This document shows positions 55,237 to 64,000 of a stretch of 64,000 bases of DNA, one piece after another (the stretch's first letter is position 1; each line of letters starts with the position of its first letter). The notes under the pieces were generated by a model that had not been told where the DNA came from, made no database searches, and was given only the letters and a program-made list of their open reading frames with translations. A program made the translations under genes and the position numbers. The DNA comes from Actinomycetes bacterium (GTDB taxonomy: Bacteria; Actinomycetota; Actinomycetes; S36-B12). Location: the NCBI GenBank assembly GCA_024639145.1, contig JAHEIZ010000005.1:4717-68716 (forward strand). The letters run 5' to 3'.

Positions 55237-56595
55237 ATGACCACCATCGATCGTGCACGGCTTGCCGCGCTTCTCGACGAAGAACGCACCCTGCACTACG
55301 AGCGCACCCCGGAGTCCCGCGCGGCATTCGAGAAGGCTGATCACCTGCTCGGTGGTGTTCCGATGACCTGGATGAACAAGTGGTCAGGTGGCTATCCGCT
55401 GTACCTGGCGACAGCGCACGGCAATCGCATCACCGACATCGATGGGCACGAGTATGTCGACTTCGCCCTAGGTGACACGGCAGCGATGGCCGGCCATTCC
55501 CCTTCGCCGACGATCGCCGCGGTCACCGAGCGAATCGCCGTCGAGGGCGGCATCACGACGATGATGCCGAGCCTGGATGCCGAGTGGGTCGGGGCCGAGC
55601 TCACGCGTCGCTTCGGCCTGCCGCTGTGGTCACTGAGCTTGACGGCAACTGATGCGAATCGCTGGGCTCTGCGCCTGGCCCGCATGGTGACCGGCCGACC
55701 GATCGTCGCGGCTTTCTCCTACTGCTATCACGGTTCGGTCGACGAGACCTTTGTCATCACCGGCCCGAACGGTACGACCGCACCTCGCGGCGGCAATGTC
55801 GGCCCTGCCGTGCCCGTGAGCCAGACATCGCGCGTGATGGAGTTCAACGACCTCGCATCTGTTGAACGAGCCCTCGCACCGCGTGATGTCGCGGTGCTGA
55901 TCATGGAACCTGCACTGACAAATATCGGCATTGTCCTTCCCGAACCGGGATTCCTCGAGGGCGTGAGGCGACTGTGCGATGAGCACGGCACCTTGCTGCT
56001 CATCGACGAGACGCACACGATCTCGGAAGGCCCCGGCGGCTGCACGGCGGCGTGGGGCCTTCGCCCCGACATCTTCGTGATCGGCAAGAGCATCGGCGGC
56101 GGGATTCCCTGCGGCGCCTACGGCATCTCGCATGACGTTGCTGCGCGCATACGCGCGAATGAGGAGGCTGATCTCGTCGATGTCGGAGGTGTCGGAGGGA
56201 CTCTCGCCGGGAACGTGCTGTCGACCGCAGCCATCCGCGCGACCCTGGGCGAGGTGCTGACCGAGTCGGCATTCGCGCACATGATCACCTTGGCCACGCG
56301 ATACAGAGAGGGTGTCGAGGCGACACTTGTTGAATTCGACATGCCGTGGACCATCGCGCAGCTCGGAGCACGTGCCGAATATCGCTTCACGCGGCCCGCA
56401 CCGCGCACGGGCACTGAGTCAGCGGCTGCGCATGATGATGACCTCGAGGAGTACCTGCATCTATTCATGTCCAATCGCGGGGTGCTGATGACACCGTTCC
56501 ACAACATGGCACTGATGTGCCCGGCAACGACCTCTGCCGATGTCGACCTGCATACGGTGCTCTTCCGCTCTGCGGTGGAAAGACTCGTGGCGTAG
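55237..56595 (+). CDS. class III (glutamate-1-semialdehyde aminomutase-like) PLP aminotransferase
   Basis: 452 aa. Contains LLIDETHT and FVIGKSIGGGIPCGAYG. Confidence 0.8.
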   Translation: MTTIDRARLAALLDEERTLHYERTPESRAAFEKADHLLGGVPMTWMNKWSGGYPLYLATAHGNRITDIDGHEYVDFALGDTAAMAGHSPSPTIAAVTERIAVEGGITTMMPSLDAEWVGAELTRRFGLPLWSLSLTATDANRWALRLARMVTGRPIVAAFSYCYHGSVDETFVITGPNGTTAPRGGNVGPAVPVSQTSRVMEFNDLASVERALAPRDVAVLIMEPALTNIGIVLPEPGFLEGVRRLCDEHGTLLLIDETHTISEGPGGCTAAWGLRPDIFVIGKSIGGGIPCGAYGISHDVAARIRANEEADLVDVGGVGGTLAGNVLSTAAIRATLGEVLTESAFAHMITLATRYREGVEATLVEFDMPWTIAQLGARAEYRFTRPAPRTGTESAAAHDDDLEEYLHLFMSNRGVLMTPFHNMALMCPATTSADVDLHTVLFRSAVERLVA

Positions 56596-56605
56596 ATCGC
56601 GCATG

Positions 56606-56640
56606 CGAGAGGGGGGCGGTCAGTGACCGCCCCCCTCTCG
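56606..56640. terminator. GC-rich bidirectional terminator hairpin between convergent genes
   Basis: CGAGAGGGGGGCGGTC-agt-GACCGCCCCCCTCTCG, a 16-bp perfect stem. Confidence 0.6.
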
Positions 56641-56650
56641 TGTTCCGCGA

Positions 56651-57907
56651 CTAGTTGGTGACGAGCACCGGGCCTGCGGTGGTGACTTTCTTGGCACCGA
56701 GCGGCTTGCACGTGCCGTCAAGGCTGCACACCTGCGAGTACGAGGCGTTGAGCTTGACGCTGCGTGCCGCTCCACTGTCGGTGTAGACCACCTGGAACTT
56801 CTTGCCGGCCTTGGTGAAGTTGCACGTCACATTCGTGCCCTTGGTGGGGCAGCCATTGAACGTTGCGCCGACGATCCACTTCTGCAGGGTCTGGTATGCC
56901 ACTGCGCCGGGAGTATTGGTGTACATCTGGATGCCCCAGAGATCGTTGTACGGCTCCCAGCGGTACCAGTACACGCGGCTGATGTTCAAGCGCAGTGCAT
57001 CGAGGTAGGTGCGCGCGACCCAGTCAGCGGCCTCGGTGCCCTCGAGATCCACATCGGGGTTCTGGGGACCGGGGCCCTTGAGTCCGAAGTTGTTCTCGGT
57101 ATCCCACAGCGGCTTCTTCGGAGCGCCGGCTGCATTGAGCGCGGCCTCCCACATCTTCGCCAGGGCGGCGCGATCCACGGGGGTACCAAGGCTCGCGGGG
57201 TACGTGTGAGCTGCCCAGACATCGACGGGCCAGCCGTAGGACTTCAGGGCGGCGAGGTACTTCGGGTAGAACTTCTGGAACGGGCCACCAAGACGGGTGC
57301 CGGTGCTCGGTGCCACGACAGTCGCATTCGGATCAATGCGCTTGATGATGTCGTACGCGTGCTTGGTGAGATCGGCCATGTCCTGGGCGCTGCCGGTGGA
57401 GAAGGTGGCGAGATTCGCCTCATTCCACGGCTGGTACGCGGTGATCTTGCCCTTGTAGCGAGTGGCCACCTGAGCGACCCAGTTGTCCCACCACCCGATG
57501 TCGCGCGGCATGCCGGCAGCACCTGGCTGCGGCAGTGCCGTCGGCGAGGGATCGTCGGTAGCCCACGCGGGGGTACCGGCGAGCACCATCAGGATGTCGT
57601 TGACTCCGTGCGACTTCGCCGTGGCCACGGCGGTGTCGAGGGCTGTCCAGTCGAAGACACCCTGAGTGCGCTCGATATTGGCCCACGACGTGCGGTTGTC
57701 CCACAGGCGAAGGGTGCCGAAGCCAATATTCGGCCATTCGCCGAACTCGGCGTTGTAGACGTGCATGCCGAAGAGGCTGTCCTTGATGACAGTGCCCTTC
57801 GGGGTCTGGGGAGCGGCCTGCGCCGGTGAGGCGAGGCCAATGCCGGTGAGGAGGGTCGCCGAGGCGGCGATCAGGGCAAGTGCTCGAAGTGGGGTGCGAA
57901 ATGACAT
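56651..57907 (-). CDS. secreted clan GH-A TIM-barrel glycoside hydrolase (GH39/GH5-like)
   Basis: Signal peptide ending PAQAA. Contains WNEAN (acid/base Asn-Glu). 418 aa. Confidence 0.7.
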   Translation of the reverse strand: MSFRTPLRALALIAASATLLTGIGLASPAQAAPQTPKGTVIKDSLFGMHVYNAEFGEWPNIGFGTLRLWDNRTSWANIERTQGVFDWTALDTAVATAKSHGVNDILMVLAGTPAWATDDPSPTALPQPGAAGMPRDIGWWDNWVAQVATRYKGKITAYQPWNEANLATFSTGSAQDMADLTKHAYDIIKRIDPNATVVAPSTGTRLGGPFQKFYPKYLAALKSYGWPVDVWAAHTYPASLGTPVDRAALAKMWEAALNAAGAPKKPLWDTENNFGLKGPGPQNPDVDLEGTEAADWVARTYLDALRLNISRVYWYRWEPYNDLWGIQMYTNTPGAVAYQTLQKWIVGATFNGCPTKGTNVTCNFTKAGKKFQVVYTDSGAARSVKLNASYSQVCSLDGTCKPLGAKKVTTAGPVLVTN

Positions 57908-57922
57908 GTGCTCATCGTGCCA

Positions 57923-59446
57923 TCACTTCGTGAAGGCTATTGCCACCAGGGTGATGTCGTCACGAGTCCATTCGGTGGCTTGTTCGCGCATTGCGGCGAG
58001 TGCGCGCTCGAGGGTCTCCGAGGGTTCCGCGCGGATCTCGGCGGGGATCGCGAGGAGCGCGACGAGGAGATCATCGGCCTCGAGAGATCGTCCGTCGATC
58101 GTGGTGCCTTCGATGAGTCCGTCGGTGAAGGCGAACAGTGCGTCTCCGTCGCGAGTGTCGGTCTGCATGCACGACCAGGTGGCCTCGAGTGCTGACAGCA
58201 GGGGCCCCGTGGGCTCGAGCGCCGTCGTGATGCCATCGCGTCCGATCAGGAGTGCCGGATGATGACCGGCGTTGGCCCAGCGCAGCTCACCAGACACCGC
58301 ATTGATCTCGATGACGATGGCCGTGACGAATGTTCGTGAGTCCTGCATTGCCTGATGAGCCAGCCGGAGAGCCGCATCAGGCTGGGCACCGGAGGCGAGG
58401 GCTGCACGCAGTAGCGTGCGCACCTGCATCGCCGTGATGCCTGCCGAGGCGCCGTGCCCCGCGACGTCGCCGATGACGACGGCAATGCGATCGGCAGAGC
58501 AGCTCACGACATCCCACCAGTCGCCCGCGATGACACCCTCGGCAGAGGACATGCGCCCGCTGAGTCGCACGCCCTCGGGGAGCTCGATCGGAGCCGGGAT
58601 CATGGCCGAGCGAAGGGAACTCGCCACGGGGGCATCCTGAGCGAGCCCGGAACGTGCCTCGCGTGCCTCATCGATCTCGCGCACGAGTCCGCGGCGAAGT
58701 GCCTCGGCGTCCAGTGCCACGGACACGAGCTCGGGAGGCCCGGTGGCAGCGATCGGATGGAGGTGCCCGGGCTCATCGGCCGCTTGCTGGAGATCGCCGC
58801 GGATCCGGCTGAGGGGAATGAGTACCCAGCGTCGAAGGCCCAGGTAGTACGCGAGCAGAAGGGCGAGTACCAGGAGACCGGAGAGCAGCAGCATCACTCC
58901 CAGTACGCGGAGGAAGTCGACCAGGGTGTCGCCTGCGTTCAGCCGTCGGTCGTCGACGGCATCCTGCAGGTTCTGGGTGGCCTGGGTCATGGCGGCATAG
59001 GTCGACCACGCAGCCTTCGAGTCAGTAACGGTGCGCGCCTTGGCCGGGTCGCCTGAGTCCATGGCCGCGAGCACCGGGGATCCATCGGCCGCCTTCCACG
59101 CGGCCTGCGCCGCGCGGGACTTCTCGACCAGCGGGCGAATCTCCGGCGCGGCATCGAGCTTCACCTCGATCTGGTCGAGCAGTACCTCGGCACGGTTGAC
59201 CTGACGTTCGTAGTCCTTGCGGCTTGCCGGCCGATCCAGCAGGACGTAATCCGAGAGTGATGCCGACGCGCTGACCTGAGCGAGAACGAGCGCTTCGACG
59301 GCATCGGCAGCAGGAGTGATGCGATTGCGAATTGCGCTGCTGGTGGCGTACGTGGCAGTGAACTGGCTGAGGACAATCGCAGTCGCGATCACGACACCGA
59401 GTGCTCCGAGAAGTGCCGCGATAATTGCGCGTCGTCTCAGGCTCAC
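57923..59446 (-). CDS. membrane sensor PP2C/SpoIIE-family protein phosphatase (CHASE3-like + HAMP-like N-terminus)
   Basis: N-terminal TM segment, a periplasmic helical domain and a second TM segment. Phosphatase core IAGDWWDVV...VVIGDVAGHGASAG...FTDGLIE. Confidence 0.8.
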   Translation of the reverse strand: MSLRRRAIIAALLGALGVVIATAIVLSQFTATYATSSAIRNRITPAADAVEALVLAQVSASASLSDYVLLDRPASRKDYERQVNRAEVLLDQIEVKLDAAPEIRPLVEKSRAAQAAWKAADGSPVLAAMDSGDPAKARTVTDSKAAWSTYAAMTQATQNLQDAVDDRRLNAGDTLVDFLRVLGVMLLLSGLLVLALLLAYYLGLRRWVLIPLSRIRGDLQQAADEPGHLHPIAATGPPELVSVALDAEALRRGLVREIDEAREARSGLAQDAPVASSLRSAMIPAPIELPEGVRLSGRMSSAEGVIAGDWWDVVSCSADRIAVVIGDVAGHGASAGITAMQVRTLLRAALASGAQPDAALRLAHQAMQDSRTFVTAIVIEINAVSGELRWANAGHHPALLIGRDGITTALEPTGPLLSALEATWSCMQTDTRDGDALFAFTDGLIEGTTIDGRSLEADDLLVALLAIPAEIRAEPSETLERALAAMREQATEWTRDDITLVAIAFTK

Positions 59447-59461
59447 GCGATCACCGTAGCG

Positions 59462-61615
59462 TCAGGGGGTCGTGATCGACGCCGACGCGGCCTTCGCAAT
59501 GGCCTCCAGCATGCCGGGTTCCAGGAGCATCGAGCCCTCGAGACTGAGATGGGTCTCGTCCTGGTAGAACACGACGCCGTCCTTCGCCGTGGCGCACGTG
59601 GTTCCATCGCACACGTACGGAAGCGCATCGAAGATCACCGTGCCCGGGTACTTCGCTGCTACGGCAGACTCGGCGTCCAGCGCGGGCTTGCGGTTGGCAA
59701 TCGCGTCGGCCTGGTCGATCGTGTAGGCCTTGGAGCCGAAGGCCTGGGCAAAGATCGAGTGCTGGTCGACGAACTCGGGGAACTCGGGTACTGCTCCGAC
59801 GATCACGACACCGATGCCGGCTGCGCGCAGGGGACCGACGACATCATCGATTCCCTGCTTCCACAGCTTCGCCGCCTCGGCAGTCGAGTTCGCCATTCCG
59901 CCGTTCTTCGTCGCGGCAGTGCGCCACTTGAGCTCGGGATGCACGTAGCCGGCCGAGCGATTCGCGATGACGACAACGGCGGGCTTGGTGTCGAGCGCGA
60001 ATTTCAATGCCGACTTCTGCCACGCGCGGCACGGGCGATCATGGGTGCCGCTGGATTCGCGGCCGAGGAAGGGGCATCCGGTGTTACTGGAGACGATGGT
60101 CGCGTAACCGAGCTTCTCGTCAGCGGCGATGACTGAGTCGGCGATGGCGTACGCCTGCGAGTCACCGAGCATGAGCACTGTCCGCGAGCCGGTGCCGAAC
60201 TTGCACGTGGCGGGTGAGATATCGGTATTCACGCAGCCTCGTGCGACGGCCGCATGTTGATTGCGCAGATCATTCGTCGTCGTATCAGTGGTAACGGCCT
60301 CTCCATCGCTGACTGAGGAGCTCGGCGCCACCACCGGTGCGCCATCGCCGGTGGCGACGCTCGCCGTGACAGGAGTCGCGCCCCAGTGCTGATTGGCGCC
60401 TACGAGCAGGCCGATGCACAGGGCGATCGGCAGGCCGCTTGTCGCGATGATCACGAGTGCGCTGCGAACGCGAGTGCGCGGGCGAAGCTTTCTCATCGGC
60501 TGCTCGAGGAAGTAATAGGACAGCAGCGCGGGAATCAGCGAGAGGGCGGCCGCGGCGACGAGCACCCACGGCTGGCTCGGCCAGATCACGCCGGCGAAGA
60601 CGATCAACGGCCAGTGCCACAGGTACCAGGAGTACGAGGTGTCACCGATGAAGGTGAACGGCCGCCAGGCAAATACCCGACTCACCGTGGTCTCCCCTTG
60701 CGACCCGGCCCAGATGATCAGGCAGGTACCCACGACCGGGAAGAGCGCGAGCCAGCCGGGGAAGGCCATCGACTCGCTGATACCGAAGGCCGAGTAGAGC
60801 ACGAGTGCGATGCCGATGAATCCAGCGACCTCTCGCCACCGCCGCGCGAGCTCGGGTATGTGCGCAAGCGCGAGAGCAAGAAGTGCGCCCATGCCGAATT
60901 CCCACGCGCGAGTGATCGGTGAGTAGAACGCGAAGGTCTGCGCACCACCGAAGTACGTGGTCATTCCCTCGATCAGGGTGCTGCCGTATGTCCAGACGAG
61001 CGCCAACGCGAAGGATCCGGCAGTGATGAGCAGGACGATGAGGAACGGAAGCCGCAGCGGGCGACGGGCCTTGCGCCCGAGATACCAGGCGAGCACTAGC
61101 AGGCCGGGGAACACCAGGTAGAACTGCTCCTCAACAGACAGCGACCAGGTATTGAGCAGCGGGTTGTGCACGGCCCCGGCCGCGAAGTAGTCGCCCGCCG
61201 CGTGCCCGATGACGAAGTTGGCCGAGAGCAGCAGCGCGCCGATACCGGTGGCGGCGGTGGTCTGCTGGTCGCCATAGGGACCCTGCAGGAAGAAGGAGCC
61301 GAGTGCCACGACGCCCACGACCAGGGCAAGTGCGGGGGTAAGCCTCAGGAAGCGACGGAAGTAGAAGGTGCCCATGGCGATGCGCCCGGTCTGCACCCGC
61401 TGACGCAGGAGCATCGCCGTGATGACGAAGCCCGAGATGGCGAAGAACACATCGACGCCGGTGAATCCGCCGGGCACGGGAAGTCGGGCATGGAAAAGGA
61501 CGACCAGGGTGACAGCCAGAGCTCGCAGGCCCTGGATATCGGGGCGCCGGGAACTGCGCTCGCCCACGGGCAGGGCGGAAATCGGGTCCGGGGAAGCCAC
61601 GGCCCTATCTTTCAC
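59462..61615 (-). CDS. acyltransferase-3 family O-acyltransferase with C-terminal SGNH domain (OafA/YrhL-like)
   Basis: 717 aa. Contains RPDIQGLRALAVTLVVLFHA, about 10 TM helices and a C-terminal soluble domain. The start codon is uncertain. Confidence 0.85.
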   Translation of the reverse strand: MKDRAVASPDPISALPVGERSSRRPDIQGLRALAVTLVVLFHARLPVPGGFTGVDVFFAISGFVITAMLLRQRVQTGRIAMGTFYFRRFLRLTPALALVVGVVALGSFFLQGPYGDQQTTAATGIGALLLSANFVIGHAAGDYFAAGAVHNPLLNTWSLSVEEQFYLVFPGLLVLAWYLGRKARRPLRLPFLIVLLITAGSFALALVWTYGSTLIEGMTTYFGGAQTFAFYSPITRAWEFGMGALLALALAHIPELARRWREVAGFIGIALVLYSAFGISESMAFPGWLALFPVVGTCLIIWAGSQGETTVSRVFAWRPFTFIGDTSYSWYLWHWPLIVFAGVIWPSQPWVLVAAAALSLIPALLSYYFLEQPMRKLRPRTRVRSALVIIATSGLPIALCIGLLVGANQHWGATPVTASVATGDGAPVVAPSSSVSDGEAVTTDTTTNDLRNQHAAVARGCVNTDISPATCKFGTGSRTVLMLGDSQAYAIADSVIAADEKLGYATIVSSNTGCPFLGRESSGTHDRPCRAWQKSALKFALDTKPAVVVIANRSAGYVHPELKWRTAATKNGGMANSTAEAAKLWKQGIDDVVGPLRAAGIGVVIVGAVPEFPEFVDQHSIFAQAFGSKAYTIDQADAIANRKPALDAESAVAAKYPGTVIFDALPYVCDGTTCATAKDGVVFYQDETHLSLEGSMLLEPGMLEAIAKAASASITTP

Positions 61616-61767
61616 CCTCCCTCGTGAGCGCCGAAATCCTCCTCAGGGCGCCTGCCCCCGGGCCCATGACGGGACGAAGGTCCCGTGAAGACCTGACTCT
61701 TGCCGCGTGTAAACCGAATGGGACCCCAGGAGTATGGAAATGCTGAATACCAACGAAGGGTCAGATC

Positions 61768-63174
61768 ATGGGTGCGCTCGATCTCGCACGCTGGCAATTT
61801 GCCATCACCACCGTCTATCACTTCCTGTTCGTGCCGCTCACCCTCGGAACCGTCTGGTTCGTCGCAGGCTTCCAGACGGCGTACTTCCGTACGGGCAAGG
61901 AGAAGTACCTCAAGCTCACGAAGTTCTTCGGGAAGCTCTTCCTGATCAACTTCGCGATGGGCGTGGTCACGGGCATCGTCCAGGAATTCCAGTTCGGCAT
62001 GAACTGGTCCGAGTACTCGCGCTTCGTGGGTGACGTGTTCGGCGCCCCGCTCGCGATGGAGGGTCTGCTCGCTTTCTTCCTCGAATCCACATTTATTGGA
62101 CTGTGGATCTTCGGCTGGGATCGACTGCCGAAGAAGGTTCACCTCGCGACCATCTGGGCGGCGGCGATCGGCACCATGCTCTCCGCCTACTTCATCCTCG
62201 CGGCAAACGCCTGGATGCAGCACCCCGTTGGCTACGAGATCAGCGCCACCACCGGTCGTGCGGTCCTGAACAACATCGGGCTCGTGCTCTTCCAGAACAC
62301 CGCGGTCATCGCGTTCTTCCACACGATCTCCGCCTCCTTCCTGGTGGCGGGTTCGGGTGTTGCCGCGATCGGCGCATGGATGCTGATGAAGGATCGCCAA
62401 GTCGATATCTTCCGCCCGGCGGTCAAGATCGGCGCCGTGGTCGTGCTCCTGTCGGCCGTGGTCGTCTCGATCACCGGTGACATGGACGCCAAGATCATGG
62501 TCAAGCAGCAGCCGATGAAGATGGCTGCCGCTGAGGCGCTGTACAACACCACAGACAAGGCACCCTTCTCGATCCTGAGCATCGGCGACGTGGCAGGGGA
62601 CTCCGCCACCGCCGTCATCGAGGTTCCCGGACTCACCTCCTTCATGGCCACCGGCTCCTTCGACGGCAATGTGCAGGGAATCAATGACCTGCAGGCGCAG
62701 TACGAGCAGACCTACGGGCCCGGCAATTACGCGCCGTACGTGCCCGTCAGTTACTGGGGCTTCCGACTGATGATCGGTCTCGGCCTCATTGCCGCAGCCT
62801 GGGCACTGTGGGCACTATGGCGCTTCCGCGGCGGCCGCAACCCCAAGGGCAAGGCCTTCGGAATCATCAGCATGTTCATCACTCTCGGCCCGCTCCTGGG
62901 CATCTCCGCGGGCTGGATCTTCACCGAGATGGGTCGTCAGCCCTGGATTGTGTTCGGTCAGCAGAAGACGGCCGATGCAGTCTCACCGCTTGTCTCACCC
63001 GCTGAGGTCTGGATCTCGATGATCGGCTTCACGCTGGTCTACCTGATCCTGGCCATCATCGAACTGCGACTGCTGCTGCGCTACATCCGCGCAGGTGCCC
63101 CGGAGAACGTCATCGAGGATCCGTATGACGACTCCAAGAACGATGCCGACAAGCAGCTCTACTTCGCGTACTGA
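61768..63174 (+). CDS. cydA: cytochrome bd ubiquinol oxidase subunit I
   Basis: MGALDLARWQFAITTVYHFLFVPLTLG...GRQPWIV. 468 aa. Confidence 0.95.
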   Translation: MGALDLARWQFAITTVYHFLFVPLTLGTVWFVAGFQTAYFRTGKEKYLKLTKFFGKLFLINFAMGVVTGIVQEFQFGMNWSEYSRFVGDVFGAPLAMEGLLAFFLESTFIGLWIFGWDRLPKKVHLATIWAAAIGTMLSAYFILAANAWMQHPVGYEISATTGRAVLNNIGLVLFQNTAVIAFFHTISASFLVAGSGVAAIGAWMLMKDRQVDIFRPAVKIGAVVVLLSAVVVSITGDMDAKIMVKQQPMKMAAAEALYNTTDKAPFSILSIGDVAGDSATAVIEVPGLTSFMATGSFDGNVQGINDLQAQYEQTYGPGNYAPYVPVSYWGFRLMIGLGLIAAAWALWALWRFRGGRNPKGKAFGIISMFITLGPLLGISAGWIFTEMGRQPWIVFGQQKTADAVSPLVSPAEVWISMIGFTLVYLILAIIELRLLLRYIRAGAPENVIEDPYDDSKNDADKQLYFAY

Positions 63175-63195
63175 TCGAAAGACGAGGAATAGCTC

Positions 63196-64000
63196 ATGGA
63201 ACTCGTAACTGTCTGGTTCATCCTGGTCGCAGTCCTGTGGATCGGGTACCTCGTCCTCGACGGCTTTGACCTCGGTGTCGGAATGCTCCTGCCCTTCATC
63301 GGCAAGGACGACCTGCGCCGTCGCGTCATGATCAACACGATCGGCCCGGTGTGGGACGGCAATGAGGTGTGGCTGCTCGTCGCGGGCGGTGCTACCTTCG
63401 CGGCCTTCCCGCTCTGGTACGCCACGCTCTTCAGTGGCTTCTACCTCGCGCTCTTCCTGCTTCTTCTCGCGCTGATCCTGCGTGGCGTCGCATTCGAGTA
63501 CCGCGGAAAGCACGACTCGGTGAGGTGGCGTGCGGGCTGGGACAAGGCGATCTTCGTCGGATCTGTTCTTCCTCCGCTGCTGCTCGGTGTTGCCTTCGGC
63601 AACATCTTCGGCGGCTCGAAGATCGGGCCGATCGCCGGAACCCCGGCTGACTTCCCGCTGGCTACTGACGCGGGCCCGATCAACTACCTCGGCAGCTTCT
63701 TCGACCTGCTGCTCAACCCCTTCGCCCTGGTCATCGGAGTCATGCTCGTGCTGGTCTTTGCCACCCACGGCGCGATCTTCCTGGCGCTGAAGACCGGCGG
63801 CGAGGTGCGCGAGGCCTCGCGCAAGGTCGCGGTCAGGGTTGGCCTGGCAGCAGCCGTGTTCGCCGTGGTCGGACTCCTGTGGGCGCAGGCATACTCGGGC
63901 CGCGTGGCCATCACCCTGCCTATCGTTCTGATCGCCGCGCTGCTCTGGCTGGCCGGCATCGGCATGACGCTCAAGGGGCGTGACGGCTGGGCATTCCTCT
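63196..64000 (+). CDS. cydB: cytochrome bd ubiquinol oxidase subunit II, runs off window
   Basis: Absent from the track because there is no stop in the window. My translation is MELVTVWFILVAVLWIGYLVLDGFDLGVGMLLPFIGKDDLRRRVMINTIGPVWDGNEVWLLVAGGATFAAFP.... ATG follows GAGGA. Confidence 0.9.
   Translation, partial: MELVTVWFILVAVLWIGYLVLDGFDLGVGMLLPFIGKDDLRRRVMINTIGPVWDGNEVWLLVAGGATFAAFPLWYATLFSGFYLALFLLLLALILRGVAFEYRGKHDSVRWRAGWDKAIFVGSVLPPLLLGVAFGNIFGGSKIGPIAGTPADFPLATDAGPINYLGSFFDLLLNPFALVIGVMLVLVFATHGAIFLALKTGGEVREASRKVAVRVGLAAAVFAVVGLLWAQAYSGRVAITLPIVLIAALLWLAGIGMTLKGRDGWAFL

Noticed and set aside
61616-61767. cydA upstream region checked for a Rex operator (TTGTGAA-N4-TTCACAA) or a CRP/FNR-type palindrome
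   Set aside because: Only loose fragments are present (TTTCAC...GTGAG, GTGAAG, TGTAAA) with wrong spacing. This is not a supportable site.
61612-63768. 262-aa and 257-aa minus-strand ORFs antisense to cydA/cydB
   Set aside because: These are shadow frames of unmistakable cytochrome bd genes, and their products are highly charged low-complexity sequence.
1-64000. Scan for CRISPR arrays, IS elements/transposases, prophage or recognisable defence-system genes
   Set aside because: None seen. The only repeats are the intragenic propeller repeat, the DnaA-box/parS sites and terminator palindromes. The only classic accessory module is vapBC.

Overview
GC-rich actinobacterial chromosome, replication-origin neighbourhood. 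The gene order matches the conserved actinomycete ori region: gyrA-gyrB-DUF721/DciA-recF-dnaN-oriC-dnaA on the minus strand, then rpmH-rnpA-yidD-yidC-jag-rsmG-parA-parB on the plus strand. Next come the sigM-like ECF sigma/anti-sigma, trxB, trxA, cwlM string, then murJ plus pseudokinase, NUDIX, cca, ino1/PadR, ponA, rpsF-ssb-rpsR-rplI and dnaB. The window ends in cydAB and starts in a Liv-type ABC transporter. From memory this order parallels Streptomyces and, in two pieces, M. tuberculosis (Rv0001-Rv0058 and Rv3907c-Rv3924c). Almost all of the window is ordinary core genome. I found no CRISPR array, transposase, integrase or recognisable defence island. The parts worth a second look are small-scale. 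(1) A 41-codon membrane-peptide ORF sits between tRNA-Ile and tRNA-Ala with no space for a leader. (2) DnaA-box clusters lie outside oriC, upstream of dnaB, rpsF-ssb and parB, and include a recurrent TCCCCA box variant. (3) A parS palindrome has the rsmG start codon as its central GTG. (4) Several accessory insertions interrupt the conserved backbone: a seven-bladed Asp-box-like beta-propeller after cwlM, ddl plus an aminotransferase, a racemase-like gene plus FemAB, vapBC, a DUF805 gene plus a DUF805 remnant, a minimal bis-heme ferric-reductase-domain protein, a P-loop kinase plus a cupin-like protein, and an O-acyltransferase/SpoIIE/glycosidase string. Many long ORFs in the supplied track are antisense or out-of-frame shadows typical of GC-rich DNA and are not called. 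Start codons were re-assigned wherever a Shine-Dalgarno sequence or the N-terminus expected for the family supported a shorter ORF.
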